Below the pieces are notes generated by a model. The model was not told where the DNA came from and did not search any database. It saw only the letters and a list, made by a program, of their open reading frames with translations. This document shows positions 14,101 to 25,723 of a DNA stretch of 64,000 nucleotides, piece after piece. The stretch comes from Ostrea edulis (lineage: Eukaryota), in the NCBI RefSeq assembly GCF_947568905.1, contig NC_079169.1, forward strand, positions 62,248,001-62,312,000. Reading direction: 5' to 3'. Position 1 is the first letter of the stretch; each line of letters begins with the position of its first letter. The position numbers and the translations under genes were made by a program.

Positions 14101-17100
14101 CTTATTTTTCCTCTCAACAGCGTTCAATCGAGGATGAGATTAATCGAGAGAGTAGCTCTGACGTGCTGACCATCCTGGCCTCCTATCTCATCATGTTTGG
14201 CTATATCGCACTAACACTGGGCCAGTACAGAGACTGTGTTGAATGCTCTCTTCCCAATCTTGTGGTACACCTATTTATTCATATATAATAGTATTGTGCA
14301 AAAAAATCATGAATTTGTGATTCTGCTTTCATATGAATTTAAGAGAAATTTTCTGTTGTCAGTGCCTGACATCTGTGTCATCTGGAAATATGTCATCTGC
14401 TTAATGCATCATCACATGACATCACATACTTGTAGTTACAAAGGGAATCACCCTAAAATCTGCCCCAGGATTCATGATAATTAGAAAATTATTTATTTGA
14501 AAAATAATCAAATTTTAAATGCATACAGAAAAGCATGAATTTTTTTGGCACAATACTATACATCTTATTGGGGGTGGGGGTGGTGTTATGTTTGATTTTT
14601 TTTTATTTGTTTAATATTGTTATTGTATAATTTGTTAGTTAATGGCACTTGTATTTATATTTCATCTGAAGATTACAGACAAAACTATAGGATATTTAAA
14701 TAAGATAATGTTTGAGACATCATGTATTTTGCTTGTTGTATTGTCTCCAGTTGTTGATTTTATGACTGTGTATCTTATCTATGTTAACAGGTGGATTCCA
14801 AGATTACCCTGGGTTTGTCCGGAGTACTGATTGTCCTGCTCTCGGTATCCTCCTCGCTTGGTCTGTTCAGTTACTGTGGGGTGGCTGCCACGCTCATCAT
14901 TATCGAGGTCGTCCCTTTCCTGGTTCTGGCTGTTGGTGTAGACAACATCTTTATATTGGTACAGACATTCCAGGTAATCGATTATGGCTGTGTAGAAGAT
15001 ACATATGACATTAACCCTAAAGTGAGCTGATCCAGATTGCTGTCTATCTCTTGCTTGTGAATAGACATGTAATTTTTCTTGTACATTTATGACTTCATTA
15101 AAACCATCAGTCACTTTTTCAACCAAACTTGGTACTAAAATATGTTTGTGTAAAACTAAGGAATTGAGGAGACATTTATGAATAATGAGAGATAGGTAAA
15201 ATTAAAGTGGAATCTCTAAATTCTTCTAACGATCTACTGAGCCAGTCATTTCAGGGTGATTTGCCCATAGACATCATGTCTTTCAATAACTACTGTTGCA
15301 ATAAAAAGTTTCAACAGGTAGTCATATCAAAACAACAAAGCGAACATTGGATGAATTACCTTTAAATTTCTGTAGAGTATGGAACAAGCTGATGTGTTTC
15401 TTTTCACTGAATATCACTGATGATTGTAAATTTCTATTTGTTTCTTTTCCCTGTGAATTTCTATGTAGTATAATGTCTGATTGCAGAGAGACAAACAACG
15501 ACCAGGTGAAAGTGTTGAAGAGCAGATTGGAAGAATATTGGGAAAAGTAGGACCCAGCATGATGTTGTCAAGTTTTTCAGAATCCATTGCTTTCTTCCTA
15601 GGTAAGTGGCTGATCACATCACTTTTAGTGTCAGACAAAGAAATAAATCACTCACAATTTTCTTTTTATCTATTAATTTCTGTACTGTAAAAGTGGAATA
15701 TATTACGGTGTTTTTAAGTTCACTATATTTGCGATTTAAGAATTTTCCACAAACATTAAGCCATCGTGAATATTGTGGCAATGTAGTATTCATATATATG
15801 ATGTAAAGTAAATGACACACATTTTAATACCATGTTTTCGTATTGTGTAGCATTAAACTTATATCAAAGAAATTCTAAACTTAGAAAACAAGGGAGTGAA
15901 CACAATGACATTGCAAAAAAGATGTTCGTATGCAGTAAATCTTAATTACTGTTTCAATTTATCGATAATTAAGCCAATTCATATTCCCACCTTATCAAAA
16001 AGACTGACAAGAAAGTCACGGTCAGTAAATCGCTTGGGATACATTAGCTCTGAACATTTTCATGGCTTTCAAGAAAAAATTGCAAAACTCATAAATTTTA
16101 TATTTGATATATAAGAAATTCCATTCTCCTCAAAAATAAAACCACAGTGAAATGTACCAATGCAGCAAATCACTCAGAATTAAAGACGTTTACAGTATCG
16201 AGAGCTAATGTTTATTAGTTGTTTTGTTTTTTCATTTACATTTGTTGTTTTAGGTGCCTTGACCAACATGCCTGCTGTAAGGGTTTTCTCCCTTTATGCA
16301 GCTCTGGCTGTCCTGATTGATTTCCTGTTACAGATTACAGTATTTATTGCTCTCATGACAATGGATGCCAAGAGACAAAGGGTAAAGTAGTGAACAGAAT
16401 TTTTTTCTTTAAATATGTTAAATTATATATGTAGCCAGAGCATGTCAGATGTGAAAACTGCCATTTTTTATACCATTTGGACTTCAAGAGATGCTCTCTT
16501 CAAATACATGTATTATACATCACTTTTTAGCTCACCTGACCTATAAGCTCAAGTGAGTTTTTCTGATCACTGATCCATCCATCTGTAAATTTCATAAATT
16601 CTTTAGAACCACCGGGTCAATTTTAACCGAACTTGGTTCAGAGCATCCCCTGGTAAAGGAAATTCATTTTATTTTTCAAATGGAGGCTCATACCCTTTTC
16701 CAAGGGGAAATAGTCAAGAAAAGATCAAAATAGGGTGAGGTCATTTAAAAATCTATTTCTCAAGAACTACTGGGCTAGAAGAGATAACACTTATTTGAAA
16801 CCTTCCTGACATAGTGTAGATTCTAATTGTTCAAATTATGGTCCGTGGGCATAGGATGGGCCACAGTAGGGAATCAAGTTTATGTATGAATATGTGTACA
16901 GTAACTGATTTTCTAAAACTCTGTTCACAGAATAGCAAGGCCATGATTAGTCATATTAACATGCAAGCATCTTCAGGTGTAGATTCAAGTTTGTTTAGAT
17001 CAATGCCCCAGAGTAGGTTTGAGCCACAGTAAGGATTCAAAGTTTGCATGGGAATAATTATATGCGTAGAAAATTTGAAAATCTTTCCAAAAGAAAAGAG

Positions 17101-20100
17101 GAAGAAAAGGGCCATGATTAGTGTGTAATCATTGTCAGGTAGTGCAGATTCAAGTTTGTCTGAATCACGGTCCTAGAACCTACCTGGCCACAATCGGGAT
17201 TCAGATTTTACGTGTCAATACAATTCAGTATTTGAAAAAAATCTTTTCAAGAACAACTGGCCATGATTAAAGCATACCAATGTGCAAGTATTTCAATGTA
17301 GTGCAGATTCATATTGGTCAATTTATAGCACTGGGGCTATGATAGTTCAAAGTTTTACATTATCAGAAAATATGTTGTAGATTAAAAAAAAAACTTTTAA
17401 AGAGTAGCAGGGCCACAATATGATATGCATGCATTCCTACGATGTGTAGACTCAAGTTTGGTTGGTTTTTTTTTTAAATTATGGAACATAGGGTTAGGAG
17501 ACTAAATCGCAAGGGCATGTTAGTAATATTGACATTGAGGCATCCCTTTGTCCCATAGGGGTCAACATTTTTCATGGAAATAAAGAGGGTAAAAAATCTT
17601 TTAAAAAACTACTGAAGAATAGCAGGGCCAAGGTGACTAGGGTAAGCATTGTGGCCCGTGTGCCTCTTGCTGTTTGTGAGACCTGTGTTTTGTTGTAAAT
17701 TCACAAGGTTGATTTGACAAGATACTCGAGAATAATTTGGTATACATGTATAGCAAGAAAGTGACGAACAAAATGAATGTTAGTGTCACTGTGATGAGGC
17801 ATGATCACAAAAATGAATGTCTTGCAGAATACAAGTAATTTACAATCCTCTCCTGAGATAGATTAGGAGGAGTTCTGAATTATCACAGCACAAGTTGATT
17901 CAGTGTATTGCATTTAACAGGATAACAGACTGGATATGTGTTGCTTTGTCAAAATGGGCAATCAGAAATCACAGGATGGAAATTATGAAGGATTGCTGTA
18001 CAAATTTGTCAAGGAGTATTATTCTCATTTTCTGCTGAAGGAGTGGGTGAGACCGATAGTGGTAAGATTAACATATATAAAATATAAACCTTCAAAGAGT
18101 TTTACACAAATTGTTGTTTAGAAACTATTTCAGAGTCATTTATGATGGTATATTTTCATGGGGACAAAGTTCGTGGATTGGTTTTTACAAGAAAAAAAAT
18201 TCATTTGGGCTTAAAATAGATGGTATTAATATAGAAACCACGGAATCCCACAAACTGAAACAATAATGATTTCAGAATATGATTTGTAGATAAAAAGAAA
18301 GTTTGCTAATTGCGCATTGGGGTTAAGGCATCCTGAATAAAATAACAAGTAATAACAGCATATTCAAATTAAAGTAAGATTTTTCCAAGCATCGCATATT
18401 TGACTAAAAATCATTTGTCAATACATAAACAAACATCGTACCACATGGGGAAATCCCTCGCTTTACTATTATATTATCATACAAGTGGCGTAGAGTTATT
18501 TTTATCTTCTAGACTTTCAGTTGTTTATTACATTGGCACAGGGGAAAGGTGCACTCAAATCATTTGCATTTTGGGCTTGATATGTCGACATTGATATGAT
18601 AAATTCAAAAAGTGATCCGGACCGGTACAATATCCCTCATATTAAGCAATTTCCATAATCTCAATTCAAATGTTGGTCATTTCCCACATTCACTGCCAAA
18701 TCTGATCTAAACGAGACAAAATCCTACCTTCCATATTGAAATACTAAATATAAATCCAGTTATGTTTTGCAATATGCCTTGATCGAAATAAAATATCGTC
18801 ATCTTTCACCTGTGCCAAGTTGATATGTAAACACAATTGGCTTTCTTGATTCTAAATGACATGCACATTGGGGGCAATTTCAGGTCACAATATAATATAA
18901 AGATTACTTTAGTGCACACTATATATGAAAACATGAGACTCATATATATATTATCAAAGAAAACTGAAAAATAATCATTGGACAAACATATTTACACATA
19001 CACAGCTTGAACACTGGAAAACAGTAGTAAATAGTGAGAAAATATTATTACATTTTCCCAGCAATACAACTATAGAGCTGTACATCGTGACATACTTATA
19101 TATTGTGTGAAGTACACTGAGGTACATTTTGTGATGTTTATTTTAACTTTTCTCGGGACACCCTAACCCCACTCTGTATTAATGAGTGCTAATTGTTAGC
19201 TTAAAAGATATGCATCATGAAGTATGCATGTTTTTTCATCAGTTAAAATATACTGGTCATGAAGCCACATATTTCTTTCTTACATTTGTATCGCATACAG
19301 TATAACTCTACAATCGGGGCTAGGAAACGGGAACTATATATTCTTATGGAATTGGTGGCATAGTAAATGGGAAAAAATCGAAAGTTTGAATGACTCTTTT
19401 CTCCAGAAGAAGAGTACCAAAATATGAACAAATTCTCATATCCAGGAGAATAAGTTTTGCCAATATGACAGAAAACTATGAAATTTTATTATTGCTATTT
19501 CAATATGAAAACTGAAGAATTTGGCTGAAAAAAGACAAATGTTAAGGGCCAGAATTGGCTATTGTTTCTACATCTAGTCCTTACTGATCTTTATGAGTGA
19601 TAGATTGGTAAGCCATTGTTATTTTATATTTCTTTTTTCTTGTAGATGACAATATTTGTGCTGTACTTTTGTATCAGTGGAGCTGTAGTTAATAAACTAG
19701 GCATTGGTTTAGACCAGAAACTCTCTATGCCAGATGTAAGTGTTACAGATATATGAATAATTGCCAAATCACCCCTCCAAAGAGGAGTCAAATTGTGGTT
19801 ATCTTTGTGTAATAACACAACCATCATTAAGTTGAAATGGTGTCATATCTGCCTCAGTGAATTGTAAAAGTAATCATCATTAGAATATTTTGTAGCTTTC
19901 AATTCATGTTTAATCATTACAGGATTCCTATAAGTTGTTATTTAATCATTTCAGGATTCCTATAAGTTGGTATTTAATCATTACAGGATTCCTATAAGTT
20001 GGTGTTTAATCGTTACAGGATTCTTATAAGTTGGTATTTAATCATTACAGGATTCCTATAAGTTGGTATTTAATCATTACAGGATTCCTATAAGTTGTTA

Positions 20101-23100
20101 TTTAATCATTACAGGATTCCTATAAGTTGGTAGTTAATCATTACAGGATTCCTTTAAGTTATTATTTAATCATTACAGGATTCCTATAAGTTGGTATTTA
20201 ATCATTACAGGATTTCTATAAGTTGGTGTTTAATCATTACAGGATTCCTATAAGTTGGTGTTTAATCATTACAGGATTCCTATAAGTTGGTATTTAATCA
20301 TTACAGGATTCCTATAAGTTGGTATTTAATCATTACAGGATTCTTATAAGTTGTTATTTAATCATTACAGGATTCCTATAAGTTGTTATTTAATCATTAC
20401 AGGATTCCTATAAGTTGGTATTTAATCATTACAGGATTCCTTTAAGTTATTATTTAATCATTACAGGATTCCTATAAGTTGGTATTTAATCATTACAGGA
20501 TTTCTATAAGTTGGTGTTTAATCATTACAGGATTCCTATAAGTTGGTGTTTAATCATTACAGGATTCCTATAAGTTGGTATTTAATCATTACAGGATTCC
20601 TATAAGTTGGTATTTAATCATTACAGGATTCTTATAAGTTGTTATTTAATCATTACAGGATTCCTATAAGTTGTTATTTAATCATTACAGGATTCCTATA
20701 AGTTGGTAGTTAATCATTACAGGATTCCTATAAGTTGTTATTTAATCATTACAGGATTCCTATAAGTTGGTAGTTAATCATTACAGGATTCCTATAAGTT
20801 GGTATTTAATCATTACAGGATTCCTCTAAGTTGGTATTTAATCATTACAGGATTCCTATAAGTTGTTATTTAATCATTACAGGATTCCTATGTGCTGGAC
20901 TACTTTAAGAACCTTAGTGCCTACTTACACACGGGAGCTCCGGTTTATTTTGTTGTGGAGGATGGACTGGATTACAGAACTCTGGAAGGACAGAATGCAA
21001 TTTGTGGGGGAAATGGATGTCCACAAAATTCTCTTTGCGGCCAATTATTTACAGCATCCCTGCAGGCAAAGTAGTGAGTTGCTCTGTTTCCTATTTAGTG
21101 CATAGAATGTGTAATACAGCTGCAGTATGGTATCCTTTTTCTTTTAAAGTAGCTGTTTGTAAATGTGCAGAGTTAATGGGATTCATAGATTCTCTTAGCA
21201 TAATTAAACTTCAAGGGCACAAGGATTTTAACATACATGTACAATTTTGTTGTCTTAAAACATTTAATCTGAATGTTGATCAATGGAAATTCCGGGTGGG
21301 GGGGGGGTGGGGTGGTACAGAGCACAGTTTATATTATATTGTATATACATGTAAGCATATAGCTTGTTTTTCTTTGCAATCAGACATTCAGTATAAACAA
21401 ACTGTTGTAAAGAAATCACAATTTTTTTAAATATTTCCAGCACAAAGATAGCACAGCCCACATCTTCATGGTTAGACGACTATCTCAGCTGGCTGTCCCC
21501 AGGAGGAGACCCTCCATGTTGTAGAGAGAATGCAGCATCCCATAAATTCTGTCCATCCACTGGTATGTGTGACAATTCCCCTCTTAGCCTTAGTTGTCAA
21601 CTACCCAAGTCATATATTCATACATGTACTTTAATTAATATTGTTTTAGAATCTCAAATAAATTCTATTGGGAGTGGGTGGGGGGTTGGGTTGTTGCTAT
21701 GTTTATTGCAGCAACAATGAAAAGGCACGGGCATTCATAAGCCATGTGTACTGAAGCTTTAAAATTTGCTGAACCATGCATTCTGGACTATCCGTGAAAT
21801 GAAATGTTAGGGATGCATACAATCAGTGGCAGTTCAAAATCCTGGTGAAATTTTAAGTATATGAATGATCAGGTACAGTGTCTAACATTCATACAAGTGA
21901 TTTAGGAATGTTTAAAGAAGAAGTGAATAAATAAATGATTAGATGAATAATGGGTGTGTGTTTGGGAGAAACACAATTCCAGATCAGACCCTCACTAGAT
22001 CATCAGAACTTGATGATGTGTGTGTATTGGGCCTGGTCCATTAGTACAGTGTATATATACAGAATCATCAGAACTTGATGATGTGTGTATTGGGCCTGGT
22101 CCATTAGTACAATGTTTATATATGCTGTAAGACAGTCATATAGTTCTACCTTGTGACGGAGTATGTAGAGTTAAACATGTTTTCTTTGCTCTTGTTTTGG
22201 TAATCTTAAGTTGAAATTTTCAAATTCTCTATCACTGTATTAAAATGTGAACCTACAAACTCTGCCTAGAATTACTTGTGTTTTGTTTTTAGCAAACTTG
22301 ATGGATGTTTTTAAATATTAAGAGTTATCTGACTTTATCTTTTGACAGACAATACATCTACTTGCATTGGGTGCCCCATGGGACAGTCAATTCATGGAAG
22401 ACCTAATGCAAAAGATTTTATGAAGTACCTGCCTTGGTTCCTGAAAGACAACCCTGGTGTGAAGTGTGCTAAAGGGTACAGATCTTGCTAATATCTCCCT
22501 ATCAATAGTTCAGCCACAAATCTGACTGATATCTCCCCATCAATAGTTCAGCCTTTTATAAGCGTATCTATTTCTATCATTGTATGTTTCTGCAAAAAAT
22601 TTACAAATAACATTCAAATATGTTCATGAGGTTTTGTATTATGATATGAATTCAATATCAGATAACAAGGACTTGTTAGTAAATTTCAAAGTATATTTGA
22701 TCTATGTAAATGTTTGTTTATATATTACTTGATGAATTCCTAATCAGATGCATGTTATTTTTTACAGTGGACATGCTGCATATGGGAGTGGAGTCAATCT
22801 CATTAGAAATAAAACAAATGTTGGAGGTACAAATTCAGTCCATTGAATGCTGTCAATTTGGAAATGAATGCTTAATGATCAATTTTCACTTGAATACACA
22901 TACAAACACACACTTACTCCTTGCATTGCATTGTATTTCATACTGAAAATAATAAATTTGCATCATGGAAATAATATAAATATTTATTCCATGAATTTGT
23001 TGCAGTTAACATCACATAGAACTTTTGATATTTATATATCCTACATTATTTAGATATTTATATTTATGTCTTCATACATATTGGATTCACATTTTGTTTT

Positions 23101-25723
23101 ACTGAAAAGTTTTTATCCTGATTCAATTTAGCTACATATTTCATGACCTACCACACCATTATGACTGAGAATGAGGACTACATCAGCGGATTAAAGATGG
23201 CTAGGAAAATAGCAGACAACATCACCAGCACCGTGAGGACCATGCTCAATAATGACAAAATCACTGTATTCCCATACAGGTACACTATATTACTCAGTCT
23301 CTCTTACGATGTTAAGATTGAATATTTTGTCTGTCAGATCACAAAGTACTGTTGGAACTTCGGTATCTCAAACACGAATATCTCGGGATTACATGGATAT
23401 GTTGCAGTGATTCAGAAGTCCTAAACACTTATTTTTTAAGTATTTTACCTTCAGTATCTTGAATTCTCGGATATCTCTCAGTTTTTCTCTCGGTCCCATC
23501 GAGTTTGAGATAACGAGGTTTGACTGTACCTATTTCTGTGTTATGTACTGCAAATGTTGTTCATGATTCCGGTCGTCTTCATAGTGAGGTGTACCTTCGT
23601 GTTTATAGGAGTTGCATAGACATACATGTACATATTTAAATTTCCAATGTCTTTACCTAATTTTCATGATAGTCATTTCCTTATAAATGTGATACATAGT
23701 GTATTAATCTTGATAGATATGGTACATCTATTTAACAGCTGGAAATTCTGACAGAAATGAAAATAGAATGTAAATTATATATGAAATAAATTTCATTTTT
23801 AAAAATACAGGAGGGTATTCACACTTCTCGCCAGCATACTTTTCATGTAGTGCTAATGAGCTGCATGAAAGATGTTGTAAAGTGTTGCAGTTCATAACCT
23901 CATGTTTTTTCAAAAGTAAAATTCATTTCTTAAATGTATGTGTCATTTGTATTTTCACTGGGAGAAAAAAAAAAAAGAAATATGTTTTGAAACACTAGGT
24001 TTGATATATATATTGTCTGTTTGTGTAGTGTGTGGTACGTGTTCTACGAGCAGTATCTGACCATTGTTAAGGACACTGTGGAGAACCTCTGCATCTGTAT
24101 TGGTGCCATTTTCATCGTCACCTTCCTTCTTCTGGGTTTCGACTTCTTCTCAGCCCTCATGATCCTGATCACCATAGGGATGGTTGTTATCGACATCCTG
24201 GGCTTCATGTACTTCTGGAACATCACTCTCAATGCTGTGTCACTGGTCAACTTAGTCATGGTAGGTTTTAAAACATCACTCTGAGTGCTATGTCTCTAGT
24301 CAACTGAATTTTCATAGGTTTCTTGGATTGGGGTAATACCCAAGACTGGATACATTTAACAGGAAGATTATGTTGTTTTGACAAAACTACAGACCATATC
24401 TATTTATTTGATGCACTTACACTATCTTATATTACAGGAAACTATTATTTGTTTTGTGGATAATTCTCCTGTGTAAATGTTCCATAGTTTAGTGTCAGTA
24501 TTAGTTATCAATATTTAATTGTGGAACATAATTTTCTTTCAGGCCATTGGTATATCAGTAGAGTTCTGTGCCCACGTAACCAGGGCCTTTGCAGTCAGTT
24601 TACTTCCCACTAGAGTGGACCGGGCACGCGATTCACTGGCACATATGGGGAGCTCTGTAAGCCAATGCAATTTATTCAATATTTTCAAAGTAAACATTTT
24701 TTCCATTGAACAAACATGCAGATCTGTAGATCCCCAGTAGTTCAATGGAAGTACAGTTGGAGGAATCAAAGTACACTTTTCAACTGTCCACTAATTTAGA
24801 GTTCAACAAGCTTTTGAAGAATATACAGTATATATATTTTCTTAGTCATTCAAGAGATGTATTTGATTTATGATTTTAGGTTCTGAGTGGCATAACTCTG
24901 ACCAAACTGGGAGGAATAATTGTACTTGCATTTTCCAAGTCGCAGCTCTTCCAGGTGTTTTATTTCCGCATGTACTTGGCCATGGTTTTGTATGGAGCTA
25001 CACATGGGTTAATTTTCTTACCTGTTTTGCTCAGTTATATAGGTATGTAAAGATTTCTTTTGGTGGAGGAATGGTGAAAAAGAAAAATACATTAAGTGCG
25101 TTTTCTGTATCTTTGTTGAATTTCGTTCTTATTCTCAAAAAAAAAATTTTCGACTGTAACTAGTAACAAAGAGGACAGTATTAATTCAAGGTATTCGTGA
25201 CATGAATATATATGATATTTCAGGGAGTAGATTGAATTAAGCTATGTTTTTATAAGATACTAAGATAAAAAAAATTTAAAAATATCAATGATAAGGGTAT
25301 AATGTAACCTTTTAAGAAAGTTAATGATCATTACAAATTCTTTCATAAATAAGAATGGTACACAGAGTGAGCAGCCTGTGCACTGACAGTTTTCTGACTT
25401 TTTTTTTCTTTGACTATTTCTGCAGCTATTGAATTGAAAATTTATTAATGAACTTATACAAATCAAATCAGTACCTATTTTATAAAAAAGAGTTATAGAC
25501 CTTGAAAGTAGCAAATGATGCCACGAAGTTGGGCATTTTTGTGATGCTTGCCGTGACAAGGATGTCTTGTAATAGAACCTTTCCACATGTCTCATTTTCT
25601 TTTTCAGGACCTCCGCTGAATAAGGCAAAATTATACAAGCACCAAAATAAAGACCAGTATGAAAGTGACAGTATAATTGTTCCGAGTGATAACCGGTCAA
25701 ATTATCAATCTATTGGAAGCTGA
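2050..25723 (+). CDS. NPC1: Niemann-Pick C1 lysosomal sterol transporter, full length, 22 coding exons, ~1333 aa
   Basis: 22 GT-AG exons join in frame (4002 nt including stop). Recognised motifs: [40 protein letters not shown], sterol-sensing domain ([19 protein letters not shown]), [57 protein letters not shown]. Confidence 0.96.
5024..5171 (+). CDS. NPC1: NPC1 exon 2
   Basis: ttgcag|[15 protein letters not shown]...YCPDLVT, G|gtaagg. Confidence 0.95.
5845..6530 (+). mobile_element. Degenerate Helentron-like non-autonomous element with Cg170-like monomers
   Basis: TGTCTGTAAACTTCTCAC...AAGAACCACT...GGGGCCAC motifs shared with the elements at 16524 and 52093. Confidence 0.5.
6678..7746 (+). 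CDS. NPC1: NPC1 exon 3 (NTD, Pro-rich linker, TM1, TM2; 1069 nt)
   Basis: tttcag|[14 protein letters not shown]...[10 protein letters not shown]|gtatag; overlaps ORF 6734..7807. Confidence 0.95.
9086..9218 (+). CDS. NPC1: NPC1 exon 4 (middle luminal domain)
   Basis: ttacag|[13 protein letters not shown]...DKEFLHM|gtaagt. Confidence 0.95.
9371..9530. mobile_element. TA-flanked MITE (Tc1/mariner-like)
   Basis: TACAGTTAAACACGGCTACAGCAAAC ... GTTTGCTATAAGTATGTTTTACTGTA inverted ends. Confidence 0.6.
9880..10450. mobile_element. Foldback element with ~220-bp imperfect arms in NPC1 intron 4
   Basis: For example TTGAAAAGTGGGAATTCA (9965) versus TGAATTCCCACTTTTCAA (10344), and TTAATCATGACTA versus TAGTCATGATTAA. 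Confidence 0.7.
10951..11183 (+). CDS. NPC1: NPC1 exon 5
   Basis: ttttag|ACA, TLDLQ...DICFQPLAP...[18 protein letters not shown]|gtaagc. Confidence 0.95.
11351..11451 (+). CDS. NPC1: NPC1 exon 6
   Basis: attaag|G, APASTQ...[21 protein letters not shown]|gtaagt. Confidence 0.93.
11517..12030 (+). repeat. 36-bp minisatellite (~14 units) in NPC1 intron 6
   Basis: Unit TTGGATATCACAGAGAGAGTTTGATGTTGTATACTG. Confidence 0.95.
13646..13806 (+). CDS. NPC1: NPC1 exon 7
   Basis: tttcag|[15 protein letters not shown]...AWEKAF...VSYSSE|gtaagt. Confidence 0.95.
14121..14264 (+). CDS. NPC1: NPC1 exon 8 (start of sterol-sensing domain)
   Basis: caacag|[14 protein letters not shown]...[14 protein letters not shown]...NLV|gtacac. 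Confidence 0.92.
14791..14973 (+). CDS. NPC1: NPC1 exon 9 (SSD)
   Basis: taacag|[11 protein letters not shown]...[13 protein letters not shown]|gtaatc. Confidence 0.95.
15487..15601 (+). CDS. NPC1: NPC1 exon 10 (SSD)
   Basis: ttgcag|AGA, RDKQ...[18 protein letters not shown]|gtaagt. Confidence 0.95.
16254..16381 (+). CDS. NPC1: NPC1 exon 11 (SSD)
   Basis: ttttag|[17 protein letters not shown]...DAKRQR|gtaaag. Confidence 0.95.
16524..17670 (+). mobile_element. Helentron-like non-autonomous element with internal ~165-bp Cg170/HindIII-like monomers
   Basis: 5' TTTTTAGCTCACCTGAC...GCTCAAGTGAG, (CCAT)n/CTGT microsatellite, 3' ...TGTGGCCCGTGTGCCTCTTG; family recognised from memory, not from a search. 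Confidence 0.7.
17921..18061 (+). CDS. NPC1: NPC1 exon 12
   Basis: taacag|[12 protein letters not shown]...KEWVRPIV|gtaaga. Confidence 0.93.
19646..19735 (+). CDS. NPC1: NPC1 exon 13
   Basis: ttgtag|ATG, MTIFV...[10 protein letters not shown]|gtaagt. Confidence 0.93.
19909..20890 (+). repeat. 32-bp minisatellite containing the exon 14 splice acceptor (31 AG sites)
   Basis: Unit TAAGTTGGTATTTAATCATTACAGGATTCCTA; acceptors at 19922 to 20882, exactly 30 x 32 nt apart. Confidence 0.97.
20883..21073 (+). CDS. NPC1: NPC1 exon 14
   Basis: ttacag|[11 protein letters not shown]...GAPVYFVV...ICGGNGC...QAK, TA|gtgagt. Confidence 0.92.
21441..21562 (+). CDS. NPC1: NPC1 exon 15
   Basis: ttccag|[18 protein letters not shown]...CCR...FCPST, G|gtatgt. 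Confidence 0.93.
21998..22122 (+). repeat. Two-copy ~63-bp tandem duplication in NPC1 intron 15
   Basis: ATCATCAGAACTTGATGATGTG(TG)TGTATTGGGCCTGGTCCATTAGTACA appears twice. Confidence 0.8.
22349..22475 (+). CDS. NPC1: NPC1 exon 16
   Basis: tgacag|[10 protein letters not shown]...[14 protein letters not shown]|gtacag. Confidence 0.93.
22768..22826 (+). CDS. NPC1: NPC1 exon 17
   Basis: ttacag|[12 protein letters not shown]...NVG, G|gtacaa. Confidence 0.9.
23132..23279 (+). CDS. NPC1: NPC1 exon 18
   Basis: atttag|[10 protein letters not shown]...VFPY, AG|gtacac. Confidence 0.93.
23347..23528. mobile_element. TA-flanked MITE
   Basis: TACTGTTGGAACTTCGGTATCTCAAAC ... GTTTGAGATAACGAGGTTTGACTGTA. 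Confidence 0.6.
24029..24260 (+). CDS. NPC1: NPC1 exon 19
   Basis: gtgtag|[11 protein letters not shown]...[10 protein letters not shown]|gtaggt. Confidence 0.95.
24543..24656 (+). CDS. NPC1: NPC1 exon 20
   Basis: tttcag|[14 protein letters not shown]...MGSS|gtaagc. Confidence 0.95.
24880..25042 (+). CDS. NPC1: NPC1 exon 21
   Basis: ttttag|[12 protein letters not shown]...FYFRMY...[14 protein letters not shown]|gtatgt. Confidence 0.95.
25608..25723 (+). CDS. NPC1: NPC1 exon 22 (cytosolic tail, stop)
   Basis: tttcag|GA, PPLNKAK...NYQSIGS*. Confidence 0.9.
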
